Source of the DNA: Owenia fusiformis
Taxonomy: Eukaryota
DNA length: 64,000 nucleotides
Reading direction: 5' to 3'
Assembly: GCA_903813345.2 (NCBI GenBank)
Contig: CAIIXF020000001.1
Span: 28,706,001-28,770,000, forward strand
Below are positions 39,573 to 52,600 of the stretch, one piece after another. Every line of letters begins with the position of its first letter. Position 1 is the stretch's first letter. Under the pieces are notes generated by a model. It had not been told where the DNA came from and searched no databases. It was given only the letters and a program-made list of their open reading frames with translations. Position numbers and translations under genes: made by a program.

Positions 39573-40242
39573 CCCACTATGAATGAATTCTACACATCCC
39601 AGCAAAGAGTTCAATGGACAAAGCGATCACACTAGTAGTTTAACATCACAGATAGAAACAATTTTGGTGAATAATTCCATAATGTCACTGAGACATCCAT
39701 TCCAGTTTGTCTGGCTAACCTATTTGTGGTGTTCACTCATTCAAATGGCATTAGCCAATGGGAAGCTACTTGGACATGATCCCTAAGGCCACTAAAATGA
39801 ATTAACGTCAAGTAGATATTTGCAGTATAACAAAGTTTTGCCTCAAAATGCAGTAAGTTCCACAAATTAACCTACTAAAGGTATGGAGTGAAGTATTGTG
39901 TTCTTTTTATAATATGTACAGATATTCTGTTCATAAGGCTCATTTAATATCTAGTGAATTATAATTTATATCTGACAGTGGTCCTCCTAGCATTTAAGCA
40001 ATTTTGTGCTGCACCCTATTGAAGAATCTTATGATATTTTAACCAAAACATGTTAAAAAGTAGCATTTTACAAATGAACAACTCTGATGATCCCCAGGTG
40101 AGGATCATAACATAGGAAGGATCTAACTATATATGTAGGTATAGGTATATTTATACATTTGTACTGCTACTCTTAATTTTTTATTTGTTAGTGTTGATTT
40201 CTTCTGGATGGCACGCTTTATCCCACGATTACTGTGTCATAT

Positions 40243-40440
40243 CACTGGCAGATCCTTGGGCCCAGCCCCCCCCCCCTTTGGTGGGTCAGAGAAAAAAAAT
40301 TGGCCCCAAAAATTTAGGCCAAATTAAATTTACAAAATTTTGGGATCTCGGGGCCCAAAATTTTTGCCGCGCAACCACAGAATTTTTTCTGATTTGAAAT
40401 TTAGCCCCCCCCCCCTTGTTAGCTTCTGAATCCCCCAGTG
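40243..40440. mobile_element. MITE, same family, opposite orientation, 5-bp TSD
   Basis: CATAT|CACTGGCAGATCC...CCCCCAGTG|CATAT. Confidence 0.75.
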
Positions 40441-40660
40441 CATATTGTTTGTGAAGTTTGATCAGTTCATAACAATTTATTGGTTGTATGACTAATTTAG
40501 ATAAAAATGATATTCTACATCATCATAATATATCTGGACATGAGTAAATTCAGTAAATACTGCATAAACATTGAGTTTCGATAAAAACATTTATCAACAA
40601 AATATAAATATCAGGTACTACATGTACTCAATATAAATGTACAAACAAAATGTTACTTAC

Positions 40661-40769
40661 CTGATAAAATATGAGATTCAAGTTGCAGCTGTATGTTATG
40701 AGATTCTGCTAGTTACATCAACTCTGATCTTGATATCTTCTAGCTATACATACTTTAGTTTAGTTATCT
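40661..40769 (-). other. Candidate non-coding 5'UTR exon of GULP1
   Basis: tttttcag acceptor and CAG|GTAAGT donor; no useful ORF. Confidence 0.35.
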
Positions 40770-42026
40770 CTGAAAAATAGTTGAATAAATTATGTTGTGA
40801 GTTGAATCAAAAACATACTTCCAGTCAGTAGCATGATATACTGTAGCTTGTGAGTATATGTTTTATAAAACTAACTTTCTTTTATTTATGTTTTTCAGTC
40901 ACAGTGTTATATATCAATAAGGGTTGAAGGTTATAACTCTCAGAAAACTTGAGAGGCTTTCACGTCATAACTTCATCAGCAGGGAAATACTTGTTTTTGT
41001 GTTGTTAACACATATTATTGAACATAAATATATTTATTCCATACTTAGTAGTTTTATTAGTAGTGTTATAGGTAAATAACATGCAGGAATATGATTAATA
41101 TCTGAAGTGAGCGTGATATCACCCGCTCATCAGATCAATGACATCACAAATTCAGAGAGTAGATACTGAGTCAGGGGACTTGACTATTATAACTTATAAG
41201 TATAGAATAAATGCTAGATTTTTGATACAGGTATAATGGTATATCCCTCGGTAAATACAATATATCAACCCTCAGTCCCTATGGTCCCTCGGGTTGATAT
41301 ATTGTATTTCCCTCCTCAGATATACCCTGAATCAAAAACCTCCCATTAAATAACCTCTATGTATCTCATACACAGGGAGATATGCAGAGTACTAAAATAG
41401 TACTCATGCTATTTTAACGCTAACTGAGCACTCATTTCAGTAAATATTAGTACTAAATGAGCCCTTATGACATGAGTACTGATTTATTGCATCTTTTAGT
41501 TAGTTATTGAGTACTCATATGATGAGTGATAAAATAGCAGTAATTTCATTGATTTTTTAGGGCTAAATTAGTACTCATATCATGAGGGATAAAATATTAC
41601 CTTATACTTAGTGTACTATATGTATAACATCAAAAAATAAATTTGATATCTATTGGAAAAATAAATAACTGGAAGATATCGCTACGATATGCTCCGGAAA
41701 ACAGGATATACCCTATATCCAAAATCTCCCAGGACATAACCCTTACATATACGGTGAAACTTGTTGATCTGAACACCTCTCTTATCTTAACACCTCTCAA
41801 TGCAAATACTTTTCTTCGGTCTCAAATTTGTTATCTCCGATTGACTAACATGTTTCTATAAAACCTTAAAGTGTGAACACCTGCTAATCTGAACAATTTT
41901 GGCCCATCCTAGTAGGCTAGTAGCATTTGGATTTGACTGGTTTTACTATATTCAGAAGAATGAATATTAAGTAGAAATAATATATAAGAACAAAACCTGC
42001 CATGAGAAGAGAAACCTCTTTAGTAA

Positions 42027-42537
42027 TTGCTGGAATTACACCATGCATTTAGTCACTAGTCCCTAGTCACTAGAAAACGCCTTAAATGGAGTGTAGTGTA
42101 ATACTGATCAGTTTTTGTAAAATGGCTTACCCAGGATTTTACCATTTGCCTTAAACGAAATAAGATGTATTTCGAATTCTACACATTTGGGCCACCGCAA
42201 AAATACAGGAAATGATGTATGGGAGCCAAAAGATGCAATAGGTCATCAAATCATATCGAAAAAATTGAAAGTAAGTTTACATCACTGGCAAAAGTCTCGG
42301 TTACGTTTTCTCTTAGATGTTAAAAGAATACATTTATTGTAGATGTACACACCTGCTGGATATTTTGCATATCTACATCGTTAAAAGTGCAAGAAAGGCG
42401 TTTTAAAGATGACAGGTGTAATTCCAAAATAAAATTCCTAAGGCGCTTTGGAATTGTTGGTGTAATCAGGATGGTGGTTTTGTAAAGCGCTTTCCTCTAA
42501 AGCGCTTTTAGCGGTTTTTCTGGTGTAATTCCAGCAA
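42027..42537. mobile_element. MITE with 17-bp TIR
   Basis: TTGCTGGAATTACACCA ... TGGTGTAATTCCAGCAA. Confidence 0.7.
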
Positions 42538-44185
42538 ATGTCACATCACTTGCTCAAACCCAATTTGCAAATCCTATCATATCTCCTGACAACTAAATGC
42601 TGAACACTTGTAATTTCCTTTCTCCAAGTTTGATCCATTTGCAGCCTGCTGGAAAAAAGGAGGAATACCCAGAATACGTACGATCTCCATGTAAATATAT
42701 GAGCCTCTAAAGGTTCATCTATGAATTCTGGGATGTTTCCTCCTCTTGTGTCATCAGGCACAAGTAAATTTTACAACTGAATTAATTGAAAAAAAAGACT
42801 TTTAAAATAATTAGATAAGAGACATAATTGTTTGTACCAATCCTATGAAGAATACTGCCTCATTTACTTTATCAATGTGGTTGATTTCACAGAAAAGTAT
42901 CTTTCGGTAAATTACCATAATGTACACGTTCAATCCAGGGGAAAACAATGATGCTAAATCCCTGCATCCTACATGAATGATAAGTCTAAATCTCCATGAC
43001 GTCTGTCTAATGAGAAGATCTCAGTTGTAATGAATACTGAGTAGTCTGCCAGAATATCATCTACTAACAGAATCAGTGCATTTATCAACTGACGTCAAGT
43101 TGTTTGACGTCCTGTTTCTAAAACTATGATACTTATAATGATAACTTTTTTGTGGGAATCTGTAGATCAAGTGTAATACCTCTAGAGGTGGAACACCTCT
43201 GTTAGTGGAACACTTTTAAGAGTCCCAACTGACTTAATGTGAAATGAACCTCTTTAAGTGGCACAACTTTATATCTATACAGCTAGCTGTATGTAAGAAT
43301 ACATGATCAAGGCTTGAGAAAAAAGAACCTTAACTCAAAGTATAAAGCTAAGTTCTTAAAGCAGTCATTAAAACATTAAACATAAAAAACAAGTGCCGCC
43401 TTTTGAAGTTATAATAAGACGGATGGAATATGTCAACTGGTCATAGTTTTAATGATATTCTTTGTTATGGCTCATAGGCATGGTTGTAATGTTTTATTTG
43501 GTGATGATTTGTTCATTCAACAGTATCATATCAATAGTATCCATGTAGGTATGGGCCTTCAAGAGAAAAGCTCTTGAAAGCCCATGATGTAAGTTATCTT
43601 CTTCACGAATCCCAATAAATTAATAATAATGTCAAAGCTTGGCAACTCGATCATCAAACAGCCATGGCTGCCATTTTTACCAAATCCATTCACTACTTTT
43701 TCACTTGTAGCAAAAATCGTAAAAAAGTACCTGATTTTCGATACTTGAAAAAATGTGACGCAACGATTTTTTACCGCAAATTCCATACATATCAATTTTT
43801 ACTAATGCCATAAGTGGATTTCCTGACCGTTTTTCAAAATTCAAAAACATTTTAGAAATATTGTCCTCTCAAGATCTTGCTACCGAGTGAATTTTATCAT
43901 GATTAAATAAGGGTAAAGTAATTTATTTTTAGGTTGACTAAACTTGAAAAAAATGTGACGCTTGTCATTTTTGATGTTGCAAGTAGAGGCTGTTTGCACC
44001 CTATACTGCCTAATTGTTTTGTTTTGATGCCATAATGTTACGCTAATTGTCCCCAGTTCTGTAAAACGTGTATTACCCGTTTTCAATATGGTTGCAGACA
44101 ACAGAGAAAGTGCACCCGCGTTAGAATGATATGACCCGGGATAAAAAAGATGTTTGCATAGGGTTCAAAGGCAGACTGGGCTTAA

Positions 44186-45695
44186 GGTGCCATGGAAGTT
44201 AACAGGAAATGACAAAACAAAAAATGACAAAACCATGCTGGATTTTGAAAACTTTTTGAACCAAGATAATAGAGTTCTGTTTGGACCTCCAGTCAGTTTA
44301 ACTAGGTATCATTTAGGCCTACATTACTGGAAACACAATGGAAATGGTCAGAATGACCATAAACATGATGAAATAACCTTTTCAGCCCTCTGAAAATGTG
44401 ACTGAAAAAGAGCTAAAAGTAGGTGCAGCTGGAAAGGTCAATTTACAGAATCTTTTGATTTTTTCAGAAAATGTGTCCAATATATTGCTCTAAATGATAC
44501 CGATCTTTGAAATTTTAAAAAATTGTCTGAAACAGTAATGGCTGTAGTAAAAAGGAAAATAGATCGATTTTCAATTCAGTTTTTTTCATGATTTTCTTTT
44601 TCTAAGAATGATATCAAATTTTTTAAAATTGTATCAGAGGGCTGAAAAGGGCTGAAAAGGTAATTTCATCATATTTATGGTCATTCTAACCATTTCCATT
44701 GTGTCCCAAGTCATGTAAATGATATGTGGAACTAGTTAAACTGACTGGATGTCCAAACAGAACTCTGTTATCTTCAGATCTGTCAAGTGTCCCGCGAATG
44801 GCGGGACTATCCCGCAAATTTGATTAAAATCTGGCTCATTCGCGTGTCCCACGATGGAGTCCCGTAAATGTCGACTTTTACCTCCGCGAATTTCCAAAAT
44901 TGTTGCAATCTCCTATGCTAAATAATTGTGATAATCTTGTGATATAAGAAGCTAAGTTTTTTGCACTTTTGAGGAATAATGTTTACCTAATTTGAAAAGT
45001 GCTGCCAAACTCCCAGTGCATCAGATCATCAAATACTGCTTTTGGAAAGAGCATATAGTCCATTTAAAAAACTGTGATTTTGATCCAAATAACATCATAG
45101 TTGGCTTCTCAAGTACCTAGTATGCCGTTATTTGGTATCAAAATAAAGAGGAAGAGATCAACTTTCATTTTAATTACCAAAATAGGGATGTAAGTCACAA
45201 ATAGTTCCAATGTTGGCCTTTTAACTACGCGTGTGGCCTTCATCTCAGAACTGAGCAAATGTTAGCAAATGCAAGTTACAATAAATGAACACTGATATCT
45301 CAAAAAGAAACCTGGGGGTAAGCGTTTGAAAATCCAGCATCACTGCTTTTGGAAAGAGCATATAGTCCATTTAAAAAACTGTGATTTTGATCCAAATAAC
45401 ATCATAGTTGGCTTCTCAAGTACCTAGTATGCCGTTATTTGGTATCAAAATAAAGAGGAAGAGATCAACTTTCATTTTAATTACCAAAATAGGGATGTAA
45501 GTCACAAATAGTTCCAATGTTGGCCTTTTAACTACGCGTGTGGCCTTCATCTCAGAACTGAGCAAATGTTAGCAAACGCAAGTTACAATAAATGAACACT
45601 GATATCTCAAAAAGAAACCTGGGGGTAAGCGTTTAAAAATCCAGCATGGTTTGTCACTTTTTGTTTTGTCATTTCCTGTTAACTTCCATGGCACC
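44186..45695. mobile_element. TTAA-flanked non-autonomous element (Kolobok-like) with long TIRs and an internal 307-bp tandem duplication
   Basis: TTAA|GGTGCCATGGAAGTTAACAGGAAATGACAAAAC...|TTAA; direct repeats start at 45035 and 45342. Confidence 0.82.
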
Positions 45696-45840
45696 TTAAT
45701 AAACTCTGATCACTTGTTTGATAATTAAAAACATAACACTATAACAACACTAGTGGATTAAAATATATGATTTATTTCAATTTTCACTTTTGGTTTTTGA
45801 CTCTCAATCGTACTCGGCTGCGCATTCTGCGTATGTGGTC

Positions 45841-45922
45841 TAGACTTATCCCGTTCCAGACTATAGTTATACATGGACTTCTTGAAGTCCATGAGTTATA
45901 GTCTTGGAACGGGATAAGACTA
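45841..45922. mobile_element. 82-bp near-perfect hairpin MITE
   Basis: TAGACTTATCCCGTTCC...GGAACGGGATAAGACTA; flanks TATGTGGTC/TATGTGGCT. Confidence 0.7.
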
Positions 45923-46236
45923 TATGTGGCTACGCCCCTGCCTAAGGCAGGAACCAGTACGCGTCATGTCCAGGCATGCGGCATAGTCATTACTAAATGA
46001 TCACCTTGGATTGAGATATCTGACTGAAGAACAAGTTGCAAAACTAACATATCCAAATTCTAGTCCCTGGATGGATTTACTGAAGTGAAGCAATCAAATG
46101 TTTTTTTTCATGTTTTTTTCATTTTTCACCATTTGCTTGTTCCCTGCCCTGAACATATGCAAAAGCTAAGCATATTATGGATTGATGAAAACTCCCTCCA
46201 ATTGTTTTAAGCACAGACATACTCAGTACTACTTAC

Positions 46237-46320
46237 CACTATGAGATAGGCAACAAACTCTTGAAGTTGTAAAAGTTGTGGAGGCGGGTCTGACTAAACT
46301 GCTGCTGCCATCTTTATGTT
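46237..46320 (-). other. Probable non-coding first exon on the minus strand (likely GULP1) with a 5-codon uORF
   Basis: AAGATGGCAGCAGCAGTTTAG (YY1-like AAGATGGC motif, uORF MAAAV*) followed by a GTG|GTAAGT donor at 46236; the 5' end is approximate. Confidence 0.5.
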
Positions 46321-46522
46321 TCCCTTTTCTAAGGGACCACCTCAATATCCAACAAAGATATTGACACTTTTCCTCTAAATATGATCGCAGTTCTTGACAT
46401 TCTAACTATTTGTATATTTTCAGTTTAATTTTCCACTAAATCTGTAATGTAACGAGGAATCATATGTTCCAATTATCATTGATCTAGGCTAAAAATGTTA
46501 TTATTCTACCTTCACCTTTGAG
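46312..46522. promoter_or_regulatory. Putative bidirectional promoter between the minus-strand first exon and the SH3BP5-like gene
   Basis: Only ~210 bp separate two divergently oriented first exons. Confidence 0.5.
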
Positions 46523-46630
46523 ATGACCCTCGAGATTTCAGGCGAGAGTTGGACTATGGCTGCCGTGGAAAGACAAATTTCCAACAGCCCTGACTTTTCC
46601 GATGATGAAGCTTTGGATCCAAGGGTACAG
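46523..46630 (+). CDS. SH3BP5L: SH3BP5-like exon 1 (...DEALDPRVQ)
   Basis: CAG|GTAAGA donor; conserved LDPRxQ. Confidence 0.88.
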
Positions 46631-49600
46631 GTAAGAGAGTATTCCGTATTTCATTTACATCAGTCGAATTATGTTCATGCACAGTCCAGACGCATTTCTC
46701 CCACCCACGTTCTCCACAATTTGTTTTTCCAAAAGTAAATTTTTCTCCCAAATATTTTTGACTCAGCTGCAGCCACTGAGCCAGTCTCACACCCTATCTG
46801 TTGCAAGACTTATGCCTGGCACAACCGTCGCCATGTTATTAAGTGTTTTTGAGTTGTGTAAGGATTTTGCCATGACCGTAGAAGTTTTATGGTGAAAGCC
46901 TGGTGCGACCGTATCCTTCATATGACATTTATGACATAGACTATTTTATTTTTCGCCCCTTGCTATTACTACGGTCTAAAAACCTTGGTGTTCGACAATC
47001 AAAAAATCCATTTATTTTCTCATTCGGCCTTATTCTTAAGTTTTCCCTCCATATATAATAAGTTTGCCCGATCCCTTATCTAGCGCCACCTACCTTTTGT
47101 CAGTTAATCTCAGGAAATTGAATAGAAATTCTCTCATATCACGCAAATCATTTCTCCCTCGCAATGAAGAAAAATGACGTCATCGACAAATGGACTCGTC
47201 GAAACATAGGGGACAAGGTATGTATATATCAAACGCTGCTATCTTTCTTTCAGCAGGCACCCCGCCTTAAATAATTTTTTTACAGATACGTGACTTGTTA
47301 TGTCATCCCTACAGTTCCCGGGATTGACAAATTTATACTAATTGGTTCTTTAATTGGTCTTTGTACTGAACAAAGTCAAGATAAATGTCATTTTTCACCC
47401 TTGTTAGATAAACTCGCCCGATATTTGGAAATCTGACGTCACCCAAACACAGGGCAATGAGAATTTTTGACGTCAAAAAGTCAAATTTTCTGTAAATACT
47501 AGACACTTTGTTGAAGTAGAACTTTCAAATAACTTGTAGTAGTTGCTGTATATGCAAGTTATGTTCTCTGAAGATTACAAAGCTCTTGAAAGTACAGTTT
47601 TTTGTGTTTATTTGTGTTTACTCTATCAAATTTGACAAAAAGTACAATGTAGGACTTGTCATTTTCAGGGAACTTCCTCATGTATAAAGTCAATCATCAT
47701 TGGCCGCACAAATTAAAACTGCTATATATATTGAGTCATATTAACATTCATTTTATGCATATCCATAATGCCTGTTTGACCTATCATCGCCATTTCTCAA
47801 GTTCGCCCAGTTTCCGAGATATTGCTGATTTTGACGTCAAAAAGTGAACAATAAACTAACTGAAACTGACTGAAACTGATAGGCAAATCTGACTTGAGAA
47901 ACTGAGTACTGAGTAACTTAATAATCAATTTGAAAAATGAACTTTTTTATGGATGTTTGTAAATTTTTTTTTGATGAACAAGTAAAATGACCGTGGGTTC
48001 TTTATATAGATTAACCTTGGTAATTGATTGTCATAGAAAGTATGTATTATCGAATCAAACATTCTTTAATGAGATTAGAATTAAAGTTTGTGGAAATGAA
48101 CAGAGTTAAAAATGAATCTAAAATTTTACGTATCATCATACATGAGTACCATGTACATACAGTAGTAGTCTAGATTTACATATTAAGGTAGTTAAACGAT
48201 GACATTTTTCATTACAGTATTCTCATGATACTTAATGTCATTCAATATAACCATTGCCTCAGTCATAATAATGCCAACTGTGTGCCAACCATTTCCAGTC
48301 ACTTTGAACGCAGACTCACCCAAGATTTCACAAGAGGCATTTTGGGAAGAATAAGATCTAAATGTTTATAGCTTTCAAGAATCATCAAAACCTCCAAATA
48401 CTGCAATGCTTATTATCCCATCGAACGAAGTTCGGAGGGATATAGGGAATGCCTCCGTCTGTCCGTCCGTCCGTCCGTCCGTCCGGGCAATAACTCAAAT
48501 ACCGTTGGCCCGATTTTGTTCATATTTTGTACACATATACCCTATGGGGGTAGACATTCTGCTCGAAAGCCGATTTTCAAAATGGCCACTCATTTCAAAA
48601 TGGCGGCCATTTTAGTGCCGATTTTACAGTAATTTAGGTGTGATATGTAAAACTGTAATAGCAATATGTTTTAAATGTAAAAAAATTATAAAGAAGCACA
48701 TGGCAGCCATCTTGAAAAATGGCGGCCTTTACTCGTCATTTTACGATTTTTGCTATAACTCAAAAAATAGTGGAGCGATTTTGTTCATATTTGGTATGTG
48801 AATACTATAAGCATTGCACACTGTCTAAAGACACTTTTGGTAGAAGGCGGCCATTTTGAAAAATGGCCGCCATTTTAACATATTTTACTATAACTCAAAA
48901 AGTAGTAGAGCGATTTTGTTCATATTTGGTATGTGAATACTATAAGCATGACACACTGTCCTATGACACTTTTGGTAGAAGGCGGCCATTTTGAAAAGAA
49001 AAAAATGGCCACCATTTTAACGTATTTTACTATAACTCGAAAAATAGTGGAGCGATTTTGTTCATATTTGGTATGTGAATACTATAAGCATAGCACACTG
49101 TCCTATGACACTTTTGGTAGAAGGCTGCCATTTTGAAAAATGGCCGCCATTTTAACGTATTTTACTTTAACTCGAAAAGTAGTGGAGCGATTTTGTTCAT
49201 ATTTGGTATGTGTTAATGAAAACACAGAATGAAATCCTGTGCTAAGGGCTGATGTGAAAAAGTCAGTCCACCCCAGTAGGGATCTAACCCACGACTCCTC
49301 GCTTTCCGGGCAAGTGCTCTACCACTGAGCTACAGGACCGACTGGCTTTTCCACATCAACATTGCATATACAGCATTGCAGCCATGTCTTACATGCCCAG
49401 TTTCCTGGACCCCATATAAGTTACCTGTCTTTCCAGGTTGTCAATCACTCTATTCATGATGTCACGTGGACTTTCCTACGGGCCATTCCCCCTAAGGAGA
49501 AGTAGTATTAGTTAATGAAAACACAGAATGAAATCCTGTGCTAAGGGCTGATGTGAAAAAGTCAGTCCACCCCAGTGGGGATCGAACCCACGACTCCTCG

Positions 49601-52600
49601 CTTTCCGGGCAAGTGCTCTACCACTGAGCTACAGGACCGACTGGCTTTTCCACATCAACATTGCATATACAGCATTGCAGCCATGTCTTACATGCCCAGT
49701 TTCCTGGACCCCATATAAGTTACCTGTCTTTCCAGGTTGTCAATCACTCTATTCATGATGTCACGTGGACTTTCCCACGGGCCATTCCCCCTAAGGAGAA
49801 GTAGTATTAGTTAATGAAAACACAGAATGAAATCCTGTGCTAAGGGCTGATGTGAAAAAGTCAGTCCACCCCAGTGGGGATCGAACCCACGACTCCTCGC
49901 TTTCCGGGCAAGTGCTCTACCACTGAGCTACAGGACCGACTGGCTTTTCCACATCAACATTGCATATACAGCATTGCAGCCATGTCTTACATGCCCAGTT
50001 TCCTGGACCCCATATAAGTTACCTGTCTTTCCAGGTTGTCAATCACTCTATTCATGATGTCACGTGGACTTTCCCACGGGCCATTCCCCCTAAGGAGAAG
50101 TAGTATTTTGAAAAATGGCCGCCTTTTTAATGTATTTAACTATAACTCGAAAAGTAGTGGAGTGATTTTGTTCATATTTGGTATGTGAATACTATAAGCT
50201 TGGCACACTGTCCTATGACACTTTTGGTAGAAGGCGGCCATTTTGAAAAAATTTTTGAAAAATGGCTGCCTTTTTAATGTATTTTACTATAACTCGAAAA
50301 GTAGTGGAGTGATTTTGTTCATATTTGGTATGTGAATACTATAAGCATGTCACACTGTCTATTTCTAATGACACTTTTGGTAGACAGTGGCCATTTTGAA
50401 AAATGGCCACCATTGTAACGTATTTTACTATAACTCGAAAAGTAGTGGAGCGATTTTGTTCATATTTAATATGTGAATACTTTAAGCATGGCACATTGTC
50501 TAATAAAACTTTGGGGAGTAGTCGGCCATTTTGAAAAATGGCCACCATTTTTATGTGTTATTTTACAAGTACGTGTGCGATTTTTCAAAAATTTTAGAGG
50601 TGGCTACTTAAAAGCATATTATTTCTTCTGATGACAACTTGACTAGTGAGCAACCATTTTGAAAATGGTGGCCTTTCTGGTGTGTTTTATGATATTTGCT
50701 ATTCGTTTGTAAAAATGCCAGCCATTTCTGTTCGATGGGATTCGCTACGCTTTGGCGTTGCCGTTGTTCTGGTTAGTTTTCTTTGTTTACAAATGATTTG
50801 GACCATATAAATCACGAAAGCAATATTTATTAGTCTTGTATGTTTTAGGATGTAAATTGGGCCCAGAGAGTCTTTAAATTTTACCAAGGATTTCACCACG
50901 AAATGTCAAGAATTATATACAATTTATTTGAAAATTGAATTGAAACCTTTTACCGCATTTAAATATCAAGTCACAGAAGTAAATCAACACAGTCTGAATG
51001 TATGTGATTTTTTTTATTTTAGGGAGAACTGGAGTCACTGAATAGGGCATCTGAAGACATCAACAAGCTAGAAACAGAACTTGATGTAAGTCTATTTAAT
51101 GACTTTTATTCACTCCCTCTTCTACCTACTTATGACAACAATTTATATATTGTTGGTGATGAATATCGGAGTCAGTGACATTTACTCAACATTTAATGAA
51201 AAGGTTGGGGGTTCAGATCAAGGAATTTTACACTGTATTAGCAATACTTGTGTACATGGAATTTATCTGTTTGATAGGTTTGAGTCAGTGAGATAATGTG
51301 GAATTTGTTGATTCACTGAAACATCACAAGTTTAATCTCATTGACCTATTGGCTAACACTTTTAGGTACAGTGTTTAGTAATAGTCATTGTCCATTGAGG
51401 TAGAGCCATGCATTACTATTGCCAATATAATAGTTATTTTGCTTCTTTAAAAAAGAGCTTCATCTATTAATGTACTTGGACCTGACACACATGGTAGTCA
51501 TGCATCAAATGTTTTGTATAACATAGTCTCATATATTGCTTCATAGAAGCATAAAGATAAATTATATGAGATGTACACACTTCATCTTGTCTTCTTTCAG
51601 GAAGCACGTGCTGGATTCAGGCAGGCCCTTACAGAATCTACACAGAAGTTGAATGGTTTGGCTAAGAAGCTAGGATCTTGTATTGACAAAGCAAGACCTT
51701 ATTATGATGCCCGTATGCAAGCTAAAGATGTAAGACATTGTAAAACATTTAAAGTCTAAAATCTGAAGCTGGTATTAAAATGATGTACAATCTGCCAAAT
51801 ATCAGGGAGTAATTCCCTAAAATGACAAAGGTATGAGGAAAATAGTGACAGGGTTGCCATATTTTACCACCCTTCAAAAAGTGCTATATTGTTGTTATCT
51901 TGAGCTGTTGGGCTTGTATGTGTGTGCATCTAGGCGGGCGGTGCCACATAAATCTTGTCATCAAAATTCCAAGAAAACCACTTATCCATTCAACTTGAAA
52001 TTTTTACAGATCTGCAAGAGCAGACTAGTGCCAAGTTCTGATTAGATTTTGGACACACATGTAAAATTACATGGTGGCCATTGTGCTCTTCAAAGTGCAA
52101 TATTAATCACTCTGTGTCTTCTTATGTTATATATTTTAGGCACAACTGGAGACCCAGAAGGCTGCAGTTAGGTTTGAGAGAGCATGGAGCATGCAGCAGG
52201 CGGCAAAAGAGATGGTGAACCTGGCAGAGCAGGGCTATTTCAACAAAGGTCAGCCTTTTGACCCAGCCTGGCAGGAGATGCTCAACCATGCCACACTGAA
52301 GGTAGAACAAAAACCTCATTATGTAGAGGGCTATTATATAAGTGAACGTAGTTAATCACAATGAAAATTTGAATATGAGTGGTTTAATTACTGAAATGTG
52401 AATTTTGACAGAGTAAAACAAAGTTGCATTTATATTTGAATCCATGAACATAACATATGTTATTATTGCAGGTGAACTGGTGAATGATAATTGTATTTTA
52501 TATTTAGAGTGGAGAAGATGGGGATGAAATTAAAATGGACATACGTTTAGCAGTTGTCAGTATCTCACCCTGTAGTTATCTTCAACCTTTATCACATAAC

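Larger units (their letters stand above)
49212..50107 (-). repeat. Three near-identical 299-bp tandem units, each with a tRNA-like Pol III gene
   Basis: Units start at 49212, 49511 and 49810. Confidence 0.95.
48411..50775 (+). mobile_element. HINE (CvA/pearl-like) with (GTCC)n microsatellite and ~131-bp internal tandem repeats
   Basis: 5' TCCCATCGAAC subTIR, GTCC repeats, 3' GTTCGATGGGA followed by a small stem-loop. Confidence 0.8.

Noticed and set aside
42546..42761. 71-aa minus-strand ORF
   Set aside because: Non-ATG start, no recognisable family, no convincing donor site.
49268..49937. Functional tRNA-Ser(GGA) gene cluster
   Set aside because: C at position 33, no long variable arm, poorly paired acceptor stem, and embedded in a repeat unit inside a transposon.
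49212..50107. Hammerhead, twister or pistol ribozyme in the 299-bp unit
   Set aside because: No CUGANGA core on either strand (only CTGATGT); the partial resemblance to twister or pistol motifs did not give the required pseudoknots by eye.
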